The translations under genes and the position numbers were made by a program. A stretch of 14,682 nt of DNA from Deinococcaceae bacterium. GTDB taxonomy: Bacteria; Deinococcota; Deinococci; Deinococcales; Trueperaceae. The notes under the pieces are model-generated. The model ran no database searches. It was not told the origin of the DNA and worked only from the letters and a program-made list of their open reading frames with translations. Below are positions 1-8,325 of the stretch, piece after piece (position 1 is the stretch's first letter; each line of letters starts with the position of its first letter). The DNA lies in assembly GCA_040256005.1 (NCBI GenBank), contig JBDZWC010000074.1, forward strand, positions 1-14,682. Direction: 5' to 3'.

Positions 1-1
1 G

Positions 2-1225
2 GAGGGAGACACGATGCGCTTACCCGAGCTGGCCGCCACCTTGAGGGCGGTGGTCCAGGGTGAGTCCTCCGCCAGCGGCAGCCGTCAGGACCGCATCCGG
101 GCCGGACGGGACGTCTTCTACAAGGGCACCATCGCCGAGCGCTACGTCTCGTTCTCGCGCGAGAACGGCGGCTTCTTCGAGGCCGCGGACTTCGCGTCGT
201 TCACGGTAGATGTAGAGCCGTCGCTGTCCCTAGGCTTTCGCGGGTTCGACGTCCACGCCTGTGGACCGTGGTGCCAAGGACCTGTGCTGTTGCAGGCGCT
301 GGCGATCCTGGACCACACAAACGTGGGCGACGTTGGTCATAACAGCGCCAGGTACGTTCACCTGGTCACGGAGGCGCTCAACTTGGCCCTGGCGGACAGG
401 GAGCAGTACTACGGGGACCCGGAGTTCGTCGCTGTGCCGATGGCAGAGCTTTTGGCGCCGGGCTACGCGGAGCTGCGTGCGGCCCTGATCAAACCCCGCT
501 CGGCTTCGGCGACCATGGCTCCACCCGGAGACCCCTTTCGGCCCGCCGCCACCTTGGACGGGCACAGTTGGCGCTTCACCGAGACCTGGGACCCTGAGAC
601 CATGAGCGGCGAGCACCTGCTGCGCCCCGAACTCGACACGAGCTACGTCTCAGTCGTCGATGAAGCGGGAAACCTCTTCTCCGCGACGCCATCTGGGAGC
701 TTCATGACGCCGTTGGCAGCACCTGTCGTGCCCGGAATCGGCCTACCGTTGTCCTCGCGAGGATCGCAGAGCCGGCTTGACCCCGCGCATCCCGCCGCGG
801 TCCGCCCGGGGAGCCGTCCGCGGATGACGCCGAGCCCCGGCCTGATCACGCGGAACGGCAAGCCCGTGGTGGCGTTCGGCTCACCTGGCGGCGACGTCCA
901 GCCTCAGGCGATGCTCCAGGTGATCCTCAACGTCGCGCTGTTCGGTATGGATTGGCAGACGGCCGTAGAGGCGCCCCGGTTCGCCTCCTACAACTTCCCT
1001 GACTCGTTCTACCCGCACCGCTACCAGCCTGGCCTGATCCGCGTTGAGAACCGGCTAGACGACGCCGTCCTCGACGAACTGAGGAGTTACGGCTATCGCG
1101 TGGAGGAGTGGCCCGGCAGGGCCTTCGAGGCCGGCTCCGTTTGCGCCGCCGGCGTTTCCGCGGACAGCGGGATGAGGATTGGCGCCGCCGACATACGCAG
1201 AGAGGCGCTGGCGCTCGCGTGGTGA
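2..1225 (+). CDS. gamma-glutamyltransferase-family Ntn hydrolase, 5'-truncated by window edge (non-canonical GGT subgroup)
   Basis: Frame is open from base 2 (EGDT-MRLPELAATL resembles the internal GGT 'QPDLAATL' segment), so ATG14 is probably internal. Motifs: QGPVLLQAL, ADREQYYGDP, DTSYVSVVDEAGN (Thr nucleophile at 638-640), GSPGGDVQPQ, AVEAPRF, C-terminal GAADIRRE. Confidence 0.92.
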   Translation, partial: EGDTMRLPELAATLRAVVQGESSASGSRQDRIRAGRDVFYKGTIAERYVSFSRENGGFFEAADFASFTVDVEPSLSLGFRGFDVHACGPWCQGPVLLQALAILDHTNVGDVGHNSARYVHLVTEALNLALADREQYYGDPEFVAVPMAELLAPGYAELRAALIKPRSASATMAPPGDPFRPAATLDGHSWRFTETWDPETMSGEHLLRPELDTSYVSVVDEAGNLFSATPSGSFMTPLAAPVVPGIGLPLSSRGSQSRLDPAHPAAVRPGSRPRMTPSPGLITRNGKPVVAFGSPGGDVQPQAMLQVILNVALFGMDWQTAVEAPRFASYNFPDSFYPHRYQPGLIRVENRLDDAVLDELRSYGYRVEEWPGRAFEAGSVCAAGVSADSGMRIGAADIRREALALAW

Positions 1226-1278
1226 ACGCTGCGCACGACGCGGGGCCCACCAGACCGCCGGACGAGGAGAGGGTAGCC

Positions 1279-2130
1279 GTGGGTGAAAAGAGGGTGACGA
1301 TCGCCATCTGTCAGGTCCCATCGGACCTGGCCACGGAGGAATGCGACCCGCGCGATGCCAACCTCACGAGGGCCCTGACGCGCCTGCGGGAAGCCGCCGC
1401 GCGAGGCGCTCAGCTCGTGCTCTTCGGGGAGGTGTACTTGAACGGCTACCGCTCCGACAGGCTCCTGGCGCGGTACTCGTGCCAGGTGGAGCCCCCTGAC
1501 CGATGGCTCGAGGCGCTCGCGAACGCGTGCCGCGAGCTAGGCGTCTACGTCGCGATGGGCGTCTCGAGGGCGGGCAGGGCCGGTAGCGGCGCCCTCTTCA
1601 ACTCGGCGATACTCGTCGGGCCCGCTGGGATCATGGGGCACTACGACAAGTTGCACCTCGGCACCTACGAGCTGCCCGACGGGCGGCTGGTGGCGGAGGG
1701 CGCCTACTGGGACGAGGGCGACGCGACGCGCGTTTTCGATCTCCCGTGGGGCCGCGTGGGAATCCAGATCTGTCGCGACCTCAGGTACCCGGAGGTCAGC
1801 CGGGCGGCGGCGGTGGCGGGCGCCGAGGTCATAGTGAACCTCTCCGCGGCGATGGAAGAGCGCGCCGACAGCTGGGACGTCCTCAGCCGCGCAAGAGCGA
1901 TGGAGAACCAGGCGTGGTTCGTGATGGCCTCTGTCGTAGGCCATCAAAAGGACTCGCGGCTGGCAGGAGGGAGCCGCGTCGTGGACCCCGAAGGTCGAGT
2001 GGTCCTGAGGCTCGGGAACTACACGGAGGAGATCGGGTACTGGGAGCTGGACCTGGAGGCCGTCCACGAGCTGAGGCGGTCCTCCCATGTGCTGACGCGC
2101 CGCGTCCCCGATGCGTATTCGGTCACGTGA
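1279..2130 (+). CDS. carbon-nitrogen hydrolase (nitrilase/amidase superfamily)
   Basis: Glu-Lys-Cys triad motifs LFGEVYLNGY, YDKLHL, QICRDLRYPE, plus ARAMENQ and GGSRVVDPEG. Start is either GTG1279 (GGAG upstream) or GTG1222 (GTGA overlap with the GGT stop). The track start at 1108 overlaps GGT and is unlikely. Confidence 0.92.
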   Translation: MGEKRVTIAICQVPSDLATEECDPRDANLTRALTRLREAAARGAQLVLFGEVYLNGYRSDRLLARYSCQVEPPDRWLEALANACRELGVYVAMGVSRAGRAGSGALFNSAILVGPAGIMGHYDKLHLGTYELPDGRLVAEGAYWDEGDATRVFDLPWGRVGIQICRDLRYPEVSRAAAVAGAEVIVNLSAAMEERADSWDVLSRARAMENQAWFVMASVVGHQKDSRLAGGSRVVDPEGRVVLRLGNYTEEIGYWELDLEAVHELRRSSHVLTRRVPDAYSVT

Positions 2131-2278
2131 CAAGAGGTGGGTCTACCGGCGGTCGTGCCTGAGGCCCGCCATGGGCCCGTGTCCCGGCGATCGTGCCGCC
2201 GTGAGCGGGGACTCAGGTCGAAGTTGTCGAAATGATCGGGAGTCCGCCATCACGTCCAGCGCTTCGCGATGAGAGGCA

Positions 2279-3856
2279 GTGATTGTGTCAGAAGGATTCG
2301 TCATTGAGGGCCGCCATGAAGGTGCGGACCAGGTGCTCGTCCCCGCGGTCGTCGACCTCATCGCCGATCTTCACGGGCGTTTCGAGCCGCGCAGGAAGGA
2401 CGTGCTCGAGTCACGCACCCTGCGTCAGGCCGAGTTCGACGCCGGGCGACTGCCTGACTTCCTACCCGAGACGGCTGCGGTGCGAACCGGCGACTGGGTC
2501 GTCGCGCCGACACCCGCCGACCTGGAGTTCAGGCGCGTCGAGATCACGGGACCGGTGACCCGGAAGCTGATGATCAACGCGCTGAACTCCGGAGCCGACG
2601 TGTTCATGGCCGACTTCGAGGACTCCCTGACGCCCACGTGGGAAAACGTCATAGAGGGCCAGCTCAACCTGAAGGGCGCGGTAAGGCGCAGCCTGACCTT
2701 CGTGGACGAGGGCTCTGGCAGGTCGTACCAGTTGGGGGACGACCTGGCCACGCTGATCGTGAGGCCCAGGGGCTGGCACCTCGTGGACAAGCACGCGAGC
2801 GTGGACGGCGAGCCCGTGTCGGGCGGCATCCTCGATGCCTCCCTCTACGTGTTCCACAACAGTGGGGAGCTGCTGGAGCAGGGCAGCGGTCCCTACCTCT
2901 ACCTCCCCAAGCTCGAGGGTCACCTGGAGGCCAGGCTGTGGAACGACATCCTGGCCGCGATCGAGGATTACCTGGGCCTGACCCGCGGCACAATCAAGGT
3001 GACAGTGCTGATCGAGACGATCCTCGCGGCCTTCGAGATGGACGAGATCCTCTATGAGCTCCGCGACCGCGCGGTCGGCCTCAACGCTGGCAGGTGGGAC
3101 TACATCTTCAGCCTCATCAAGAAGCTCCGGCGCCACCCCGACCGCGTCCTTCCCGATCGCTCCCAGGTGACGATGGCCGTGCCCTTCATGCGCTCCTACG
3201 CCGACTTGCTGATCAAGACCTGCCACCGGCGCGGGTGCCACGCGATAGGTGGGATGGCGGCCTACATCCCCAACCGGCGCGACGAGCAGGCGAACGAGTT
3301 CGCGCTCCAGAAGGTCCGTGAGGACAAGCAGCGCGAGGCGCGCCAAGGCTTCGACGGCACGTGGGTGGCTCACCCCGACCTCGTCCCCGTGGCCCGCGCC
3401 GAGTTCGACGCCGTGGTGGGCCATGCCCCGCACCAGAAGGAAATCAGGCGCGGCGACGTCGACGTCCGGGCCGACGACCTCCTGAACACGGACATCGCAA
3501 GCGGCGAGATCACGGAGGCGGGGTTCAGGAACAACGTGAGCGTGGCGCTTCAGTACCTCAACTCGTGGTTGTGCGGCGTGGGCGCGGCGGCTATCTACAA
3601 CCTCATGGAGGACGCGGCCACGGCGGAGATCAGCAGAGCGCAGCTCTGGCAATGGGTGACCAACGGTTCGAGACTTGCGGACGGTCGCGAGGCGACGGTC
3701 CAGCTCTACCGCAACATCCGCGATGAAGAGGTGTCGAAGCTGCAGCTGCTGCGGCTAGCCCGGCTCGACGAGGCCGCGAGCCTGCTGGACTCTCTCGTAC
3801 TGAGCGAAGTGTTCGAGGAGTTCTTGACAGAGCCGGCTTACCGGCTTCTCGATTGA
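2279..3856 (+). CDS. aceB: malate synthase A
   Basis: [28 protein letters not shown] (catalytic Arg), [55 protein letters not shown]; 525 aa. Confidence 0.97.
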   Translation: MIVSEGFVIEGRHEGADQVLVPAVVDLIADLHGRFEPRRKDVLESRTLRQAEFDAGRLPDFLPETAAVRTGDWVVAPTPADLEFRRVEITGPVTRKLMINALNSGADVFMADFEDSLTPTWENVIEGQLNLKGAVRRSLTFVDEGSGRSYQLGDDLATLIVRPRGWHLVDKHASVDGEPVSGGILDASLYVFHNSGELLEQGSGPYLYLPKLEGHLEARLWNDILAAIEDYLGLTRGTIKVTVLIETILAAFEMDEILYELRDRAVGLNAGRWDYIFSLIKKLRRHPDRVLPDRSQVTMAVPFMRSYADLLIKTCHRRGCHAIGGMAAYIPNRRDEQANEFALQKVREDKQREARQGFDGTWVAHPDLVPVARAEFDAVVGHAPHQKEIRRGDVDVRADDLLNTDIASGEITEAGFRNNVSVALQYLNSWLCGVGAAAIYNLMEDAATAEISRAQLWQWVTNGSRLADGREATVQLYRNIRDEEVSKLQLLRLARLDEAASLLDSLVLSEVFEEFLTEPAYRLLD

Positions 3857-3905
3857 CTTCGCGACTGGCACCACAACCGAATGCGAGGCATGCCGGTGGC
3901 ACGAC

Positions 3906-4123
3906 ATGGGCTCTGGCATGTTCAAGTCCGCGTCGAGCGAGACCGACGACGCAAGGTGCCGCCAGTCGTGGGACCGACGCGCGGAGGCGATCGTCAAGCC
4001 CGTTACACACTACGAGGACCCGTCGATCATCGCCGAGGTCTCCAAGGGCCTAGGCGAAGCGATGGTGGGCATCAACCTTGACACCCTGCCGAGGAGGAGC
4101 TGCTAGCCAGCCGCGGCAGGTGA
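3906..4123 (+). pseudogene. pdxS: 3' remnant of pyridoxal 5'-phosphate synthase lyase subunit, with a frameshift
   Basis: GSGMFKS...[39 protein letters not shown] matches the PdxS C-terminus. After a 1-nt shift at about 4090 it reads [13 protein letters not shown](4121-4123), versus the usual LAxRGW-stop. Most of the N-terminal gene is missing, and a pdxT-like ORF follows directly. Confidence 0.88.
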
Positions 4124-4138
4124 GCCGAGGACCCCACT

Positions 4139-4417
4139 GTGACCGTGCCGGCCGTCGGCGTGTTGGCGCTGCAGGGCGTCTTCCGTGAGCATCGACTGGC
4201 TCTCGAACCTCTGCGTGCCGCTGTCATCGAGGTTCGCCTGCCCCATAACCTCGAGGGCCTCTCCGGCGTGGTCATGCCCGGCGGCGAGTCGACGACCATC
4301 GCGAAGCTACTCGTCTCCAACCGGCTGGACGATGCGTTAACAGGCCTCGCCGCCTCCGGCAAGGGTCTGTGGGGCACCCGCGCCCGGTTCGAACGGCGCG
4401 GCGCTCCGAGCGCCTAA
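4139..4417 (+). pseudogene. pdxT: 5' half of pyridoxal 5'-phosphate synthase glutaminase subunit, truncated at the catalytic Cys
   Basis: GVLALQG.FREH and MPGGESTTIAKL are present. The canonical (F/W)GTCAG reads WGTRAR and similarity ends there; no C-terminal FHPE motif; 92 aa. Confidence 0.88.
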
Positions 4418-4459
4418 ACTCCGGAAGCCTGCACGCCGCCGCTTTGAAGGGAGGATGCC

Positions 4460-4903
4460 GTGAGCACGTTCGTGTTGTCCCTCGACATCGGGAGGAGCGT
4501 CCAGGAAGTTTTCTCCTTTCTCGCTGACAGCGAGAACACGCCCATCTGGTACGAGGCGGTTCGGTCGGTTCGCAAGCTCACGCCCGGGCCAGTGCGGGAA
4601 GGTGCGCGGTACGAGATGGTTCGGCACCTGCCGCAAGGCGTCGTTCAGAACGAGGTCGTGGTCAGTGAACTGGAGACCAATGAACGTGTGACGCTCCGCA
4701 GCCTCAGTGGGCCTACCCCGTTCACCTACCGCTACCTACTCGAACCGAAGGGCAAGCACACGCACCTGACCCTCGAGGGCGAGATCACCGGTGAGGGCTT
4801 GACCGGTCCGGCCGCGCTGTTGGCGCCGCTGGCAGGTGCGTTCTTCAAGCGGGGCATGGCTACGAATCTCGAAGCGCTCAGGCGTCACCTGGAGGCTGTC
4901 TAG
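4460..4903 (+). CDS. SRPBCC / polyketide cyclase-dehydrase (START-like) family protein
   Basis: SLDIGRSVQEVFSFLADSENTPIW N-terminal pattern, GPVREGARY, C-terminal helix NLEALRRHLE; GGAGG RBS before the GTG start. Confidence 0.85.
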   Translation: MSTFVLSLDIGRSVQEVFSFLADSENTPIWYEAVRSVRKLTPGPVREGARYEMVRHLPQGVVQNEVVVSELETNERVTLRSLSGPTPFTYRYLLEPKGKHTHLTLEGEITGEGLTGPAALLAPLAGAFFKRGMATNLEALRRHLEAV

Positions 4904-4916
4904 GAGATCGTGACGG

Positions 4917-5543
4917 TCACTTCGCGCCGTAGCGCGCGACGATCGTCCGAGCCGCCTCCTCCACCACGCGCCTGACCTCGTCCCGGCTGATGGACCAGTT
5001 GCCGTGGACGAGGCGCGGCCAGAAGACGACGCTGGAGATCATGCCGGCGAACTGCATCGATGCCATGTCGGGATCGTCCACCTTGGCCGTTCCAGCACCG
5101 TGGACGGCGCGCAGGAAGCGACCAAGCGCCGAAAGCACTGCCAGGTTGCCGAAGGGGAAGTCCCGCTCGCGCAGTTCAGGGAAGCGCGGCGACTCGGCGA
5201 TGTGCGTCCGGATCAGGTCGAGCGTCTGGGGCCGGCCAAGCAGCTCGGCGTACGCGAGGCCAAGCTCGACGAGGCCCGAATAGAAGTCTTCGGCCGACGG
5301 TACGACCACCGGTTGGTCCGCCGGAGCGTCACCGGCTGCGAGAACGGCCGCTTCGAAAAGTTCCGCCTTCGTTGGGAACTGCTTGAACAGCGTGGCCTTC
5401 GATACCCCGGCGCGCCTCGCGACCTGCGCAAGCGAGGTCCGGTCGTAGCCGAGTTCCAGGAACAACTGAGTGGCGGCGGTGACGATGGCCTCGCGGTTCG
5501 CCGCTGCGACTTGCCGGTGGTACTCGGGCAACTCGCGCGCCAT
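4917..5543 (-). CDS. TetR/AcrR-family transcriptional regulator
   Basis: N-terminal HTH AATQLFLELGYDRTSLAQVARRAGVSKATLFKQFPTKAELF; C-terminal domain with IAESPRFPEL; divergent from the DHFR-like gene. Confidence 0.95.
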   Translation of the reverse strand: MARELPEYHRQVAAANREAIVTAATQLFLELGYDRTSLAQVARRAGVSKATLFKQFPTKAELFEAAVLAAGDAPADQPVVVPSAEDFYSGLVELGLAYAELLGRPQTLDLIRTHIAESPRFPELRERDFPFGNLAVLSALGRFLRAVHGAGTAKVDDPDMASMQFAGMISSVVFWPRLVHGNWSISRDEVRRVVEEAARTIVARYGAK

Positions 5544-5560
5544 GCGCCGAGTATGGCATA

Positions 5561-5584
5561 GAGGTGAGCTGCTTGACTCACCTC
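5561..5584. promoter_or_regulatory. putative TetR operator 1 (GAGGTGAG-N8-CTCACCTC)
   Basis: Perfect 8-bp inverted arms in the tetR/DHFR-like intergenic region, overlapping a candidate -35 (TTGACT). Confidence 0.75.
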
Positions 5585-5602
5585 CCGTCTACGGCCTAGA
5601 CT
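5573..5602 (+). promoter_or_regulatory. putative sigma70-type promoter for the DHFR-like gene
   Basis: TTGACT (5573-5578), 18-nt spacer, TAGACT (5597-5602); AGGAGG RBS at 5635-5640 before ATG5649. Confidence 0.5.
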
Positions 5603-5607
5603 CCGCC

Positions 5608-5631
5608 GAGGCGAGTCGGGCGACTCACTAT
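5608..5631. promoter_or_regulatory. putative TetR operator 2 (GAGGCGAGTCGGGCGACTCACTAT)
   Basis: Aligns without gaps to operator 1 and has an internal palindrome GAGTCG-GG-CGACTC; lies just downstream of the candidate -10. Confidence 0.7.
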
Positions 5632-5648
5632 GCCAGGAGGATGACGAC

Positions 5649-6206
5649 ATGGGCAAGCTCATCTACGCGATGATCACCTCGCTCGACGGCTACACAAAGG
5701 CCAACGAAGGCGGCATTGGCAGCAGTTCGGACGACCCCGAGGTGCACTCTTTCATCGGCGACGCCTTCCGGCACGTTGGCACATACCTCTACGGTCGGCG
5801 GATGTACGAGACCATGGTCTTCTGGGAGACGGTGCACCAGCAGCCGGACGTGCCTGCGCACATCCTCGACTACGGCGAGATCTGGCGCGCTGCGAACAAG
5901 ATCGTCTACTCAACGACCCTGCAGGATGTATCCAGCGAGAAGACGAGGATCGAGCGTACGTTCGACCCGGAGGCGGTGCGCCGCCTGAAGGCCGAGACCG
6001 ACCACGACATCACCATCGATGGTCCCACGATCGCGGCTCAGGCCATCCGAGCCGGGCTGGTGGACGAGATCGGCCTGTTCATGACGACCAGCGTGGTGGG
6101 CGGTGGGACGCGGTTCTTCCCGGACGGCGTCCGGCTGGAGCTCGAGATGGTGGATCACAAGGTGTTCAGTAGTGGGTTGATATACGCGTACTACAAGGTG
6201 AGGTGA
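5649..6206 (+). CDS. dihydrofolate reductase-like protein (RibD C-terminal domain family)
   Basis: LIYAMITSLDGY, YLYGRRMYETM, KIVYSTTL, GPTIAAQAIRAGLVDE, VGGGTRFFP. Confidence 0.92.
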   Translation: MGKLIYAMITSLDGYTKANEGGIGSSSDDPEVHSFIGDAFRHVGTYLYGRRMYETMVFWETVHQQPDVPAHILDYGEIWRAANKIVYSTTLQDVSSEKTRIERTFDPEAVRRLKAETDHDITIDGPTIAAQAIRAGLVDEIGLFMTTSVVGGGTRFFPDGVRLELEMVDHKVFSSGLIYAYYKVR

Positions 6207-6222
6207 GGTCGTAACCTCGACC

Positions 6223-6813
6223 ATGCTCGTTCCGTCCCTCGATGAAGCGACGGCCCTTTTGGAGGAGGCCTCAGTTCGGAATCCCACGCCGTGGGTCGAA
6301 CATTCGAAGTTCGTGGCGCAGGCTGCGGGAAGCATCGCGGAGCTAGACCCCGACCTCGACGGAACCGTCGCCCAGATCCTCGGCCTGCTGCACGACATCG
6401 GGCGTCAGGAAGGCATCACCGACATGCGGCATGCGCTGGACGGGTACACGTTCCTCAAGGGGCTGGGTTACGAGGGCGCCGCTCGCATCTGCCTTACGCA
6501 CTCGTTCCCCTCAACGGATCTGATGAGGACCGAGACCGCAGCCGGCACTTGGGACTGTAGCGAGGAAGAGCGGCGGTTCGTCGACGAGTACTTGTCAGGC
6601 GTTCAGATCACCCAGTACGACCGCCTCATCCAGCTGTGCGACGCGTTGGCGCTTCCGTCCGGATTCTGTCGGCTCGAGAAGAGGTTCGTTGACGTCGTGC
6701 TTCGGCGAGGGTTCAACGAGTTCACCGTGCTGCGGTGGAGGGCGTACCTCGGATTACTCGAGAGTTTCGGCCGAAGCGTTGGTCGTGATGTTTACGATCT
6801 GCTAGGTGCTTAG
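6223..6813 (+). CDS. HD-domain metal-dependent phosphohydrolase (HDIG-like)
   Basis: WVEHS...GLLHDIGR...MRH...CLTHSF...LCDAL metal-ligand pattern. Confidence 0.88.
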   Translation: MLVPSLDEATALLEEASVRNPTPWVEHSKFVAQAAGSIAELDPDLDGTVAQILGLLHDIGRQEGITDMRHALDGYTFLKGLGYEGAARICLTHSFPSTDLMRTETAAGTWDCSEEERRFVDEYLSGVQITQYDRLIQLCDALALPSGFCRLEKRFVDVVLRRGFNEFTVLRWRAYLGLLESFGRSVGRDVYDLLGA

Positions 6814-6824
6814 GGTAAGCGAGT

Positions 6825-6855
6825 AGCTTGGGTCCTCGCCGGCCAAGCTTGTTTT
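6825..6855 (+). terminator. possible weak intrinsic terminator after the first HD gene
   Basis: AGCTTGG (6825-6831) / CCAAGCT (6843-6849) stem with an 11-nt loop, followed by TGTTTT. Confidence 0.3.
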
Positions 6856-6879
6856 GAAGGACTTTGGCAACATGAACAT

Positions 6880-7494
6880 ATGCAGGAACCAGATCTGGCG
6901 CAATTGCAAGGACGACTGCTGGAAGCCGTGGCGCCCTTGTATGAACGTAACGACCCCGCTCACGACCTTGCACACGCGCTACGCGTCACGACGCTCGCCG
7001 AGAAGATCGCCGGAGAAGAGGGCGGCGACCTGAGGATCGTCCTGCCAGGTGCCCTATGCCACGACCTCGGCCGCTGGGAAGCGCCCAGCCACAGCGACGC
7101 CAACGGCGAGTTCATCGCGGCGCTCTTGATAGGGCAGGGCTACCACCCGGAACTGTGCCAGAAGATCGCGCGGGTCGTACAGCGCCACTCGCTGAGCAGC
7201 CCCATGCCACCCGAGACGCGAGAAGAGAAGATCGTCTTCGACGCCGATAAGCTCGAGAGCCTCGGTGCCATCGGAGTCGGCCGCTGCTTCGCAGTATCGG
7301 GCAGCCTCGACCAGTCGCTCTTCGAATCTTCCACCGAGGGAGTCACTGCCCAGGCGATGCTGACGAACCACCTCTCGCGCAGCTACGGGCGGCTCCACAC
7401 GGAAAGCGCGAAGCGCATAGGCGAGCCCCGATACCGGTTCCTTTTGAACTACATCGAGCAGCTGGAGTCGGAACTGGCGCTAGTTGGCGAGTAG
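6880..7494 (+). CDS. HD-domain phosphohydrolase, YedJ/YpgQ-like
   Basis: AHDLAHALRV, CHDLGR, RHS, VFDADKLESLGAIGVGR, and a C-terminal T.SAKRI...R helix typical of this subfamily. Confidence 0.88.
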   Translation: MQEPDLAQLQGRLLEAVAPLYERNDPAHDLAHALRVTTLAEKIAGEEGGDLRIVLPGALCHDLGRWEAPSHSDANGEFIAALLIGQGYHPELCQKIARVVQRHSLSSPMPPETREEKIVFDADKLESLGAIGVGRCFAVSGSLDQSLFESSTEGVTAQAMLTNHLSRSYGRLHTESAKRIGEPRYRFLLNYIEQLESELALVGE

Positions 7495-7668
7495 CAGACA
7501 TAGGGGGAGCAGGAGGAAGGAGCAGGCAAGCGCCGCGATGACCAGTCGAAGGTTCCTCAGCGGCGCGAGGATCTGGCGCACCGTGAGGCCGAGCCCTAGG
7601 CCGAACATGCTGGTGAGCACGAACGCCAGCGTGAACGCCCTCGTCAGGCTCGCGACGATGTCGCTCAT
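7480..7668 (-). pseudogene. N-terminal fragment of a bile acid:sodium symporter (BASS/SBF) family transporter
   Basis: AFVLTSMFGLGLGLTVRQILAPLRNLRLVIAALACSFLLLP matches the first TM segments of BASS proteins. Only 62 aa; it ends by running into the 3' end of the convergent HD gene. GAGG RBS upstream. Confidence 0.75.
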
Positions 7669-7699
7669 AGGCGTCCTCTGGCTCCCGGCGCACGCATGC

Positions 7700-8263
7700 T
7701 CAGCCGAGCTCGATGCGCACGGTTTGCACGCCGTCCTCGACTGACACGGTCACCACCCGCGGTTCCTCCGGGCGTGGGACGACGCTGATGCCGCCGCTGC
7801 GCTCCAGGACCGCCCGCTCCACGCGTGCGACGTCGGTGACGCCGGCTCTTAGGCGCAGCGCCTCGGAGAGGTCGCGCTCAGAGATGTTCGACGCGTGCAG
7901 CGCGTCACGGCGCACCTGCCCGTCCTCCACCAGGACGGTCGGCTCGCCTTTGGCCAGGGCTCCGAACCGGTCGGTGCGGGCGGCCAACCACGCCAGGACC
8001 CAGTGGGCGAGGATCAGCACGGCGCCGCTGACGAGGGTGGGGACGAGCGGCGCAGAGCCGTTGATCGCCCGGCTCATGATCGACCCGACCATGATGCCGA
8101 CCACCGCGTCGAAGGCGGTCGCTTGGCTCAGGAAGCGCTTGCTGCCAAGCCGCACCGCCGCGAGGGTCACGGCGTACACGACCACCGTCCTTATGGCCAT
8201 CTGCTGGGCGTTGACGTCGGCGACGTCGAGCCCGAGGCCGGGCGTCCTTGTCTTGATCGGCAA
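7700..8263 (-). CDS. DUF421/YetF-family membrane protein (true start uncertain, possibly 5'-clipped)
   Basis: VRLGSKRFLSQATAFDAVVGIMVGS, KGEPTVLVEDG, DLSEALR, AVLERSGGISVVP. Convincing similarity starts near 'LGLDVADVNA' (about 8240); TTG8263 is a weak start. Confidence 0.85.
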   Translation of the reverse strand: MPIKTRTPGLGLDVADVNAQQMAIRTVVVYAVTLAAVRLGSKRFLSQATAFDAVVGIMVGSIMSRAINGSAPLVPTLVSGAVLILAHWVLAWLAARTDRFGALAKGEPTVLVEDGQVRRDALHASNISERDLSEALRLRAGVTDVARVERAVLERSGGISVVPRPEEPRVVTVSVEDGVQTVRIELG

Positions 8264-8325
8264 GCCACTTCAGCTGACGAGAACCAACCTCCACCATCTT
8301 GTGCGTTCTGATTGCACGCCACGCC

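Noticed and set aside
1108..1221. Arg-rich N-terminal extension of the C-N hydrolase in the ORF track
   Set aside because: It overlaps the conserved GGT C-terminus; better starts exist at 1222 or 1279.
2131..2278. Possible structured RNA or riboswitch upstream of aceB (CCTGAG...CTCAGG enclosing GGCCC/GGGCC)
   Set aside because: The stems are short, expected by chance at this GC content, and match no riboswitch consensus I recognise. An Rfam/covariation search would be needed.
2462..3652. 396-aa antisense ORF inside aceB, and similar long shadow ORFs over other genes
   Set aside because: These are typical stop-poor antisense or alternate frames of high-GC genes, with no recognisable motifs.
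4385..4395. GGTTCGAA resembling a tRNA T-loop or integration-site remnant
   Set aside because: The flanks do not form a 5-bp T-stem, and there is no acceptor stem or CCA; the palindrome explains it.
5649..6206. Calling this gene folA or ribD
   Set aside because: It lacks the deaminase domain of RibD and the FolA-specific motifs; it belongs to the stand-alone RibD_C family of unknown substrate.
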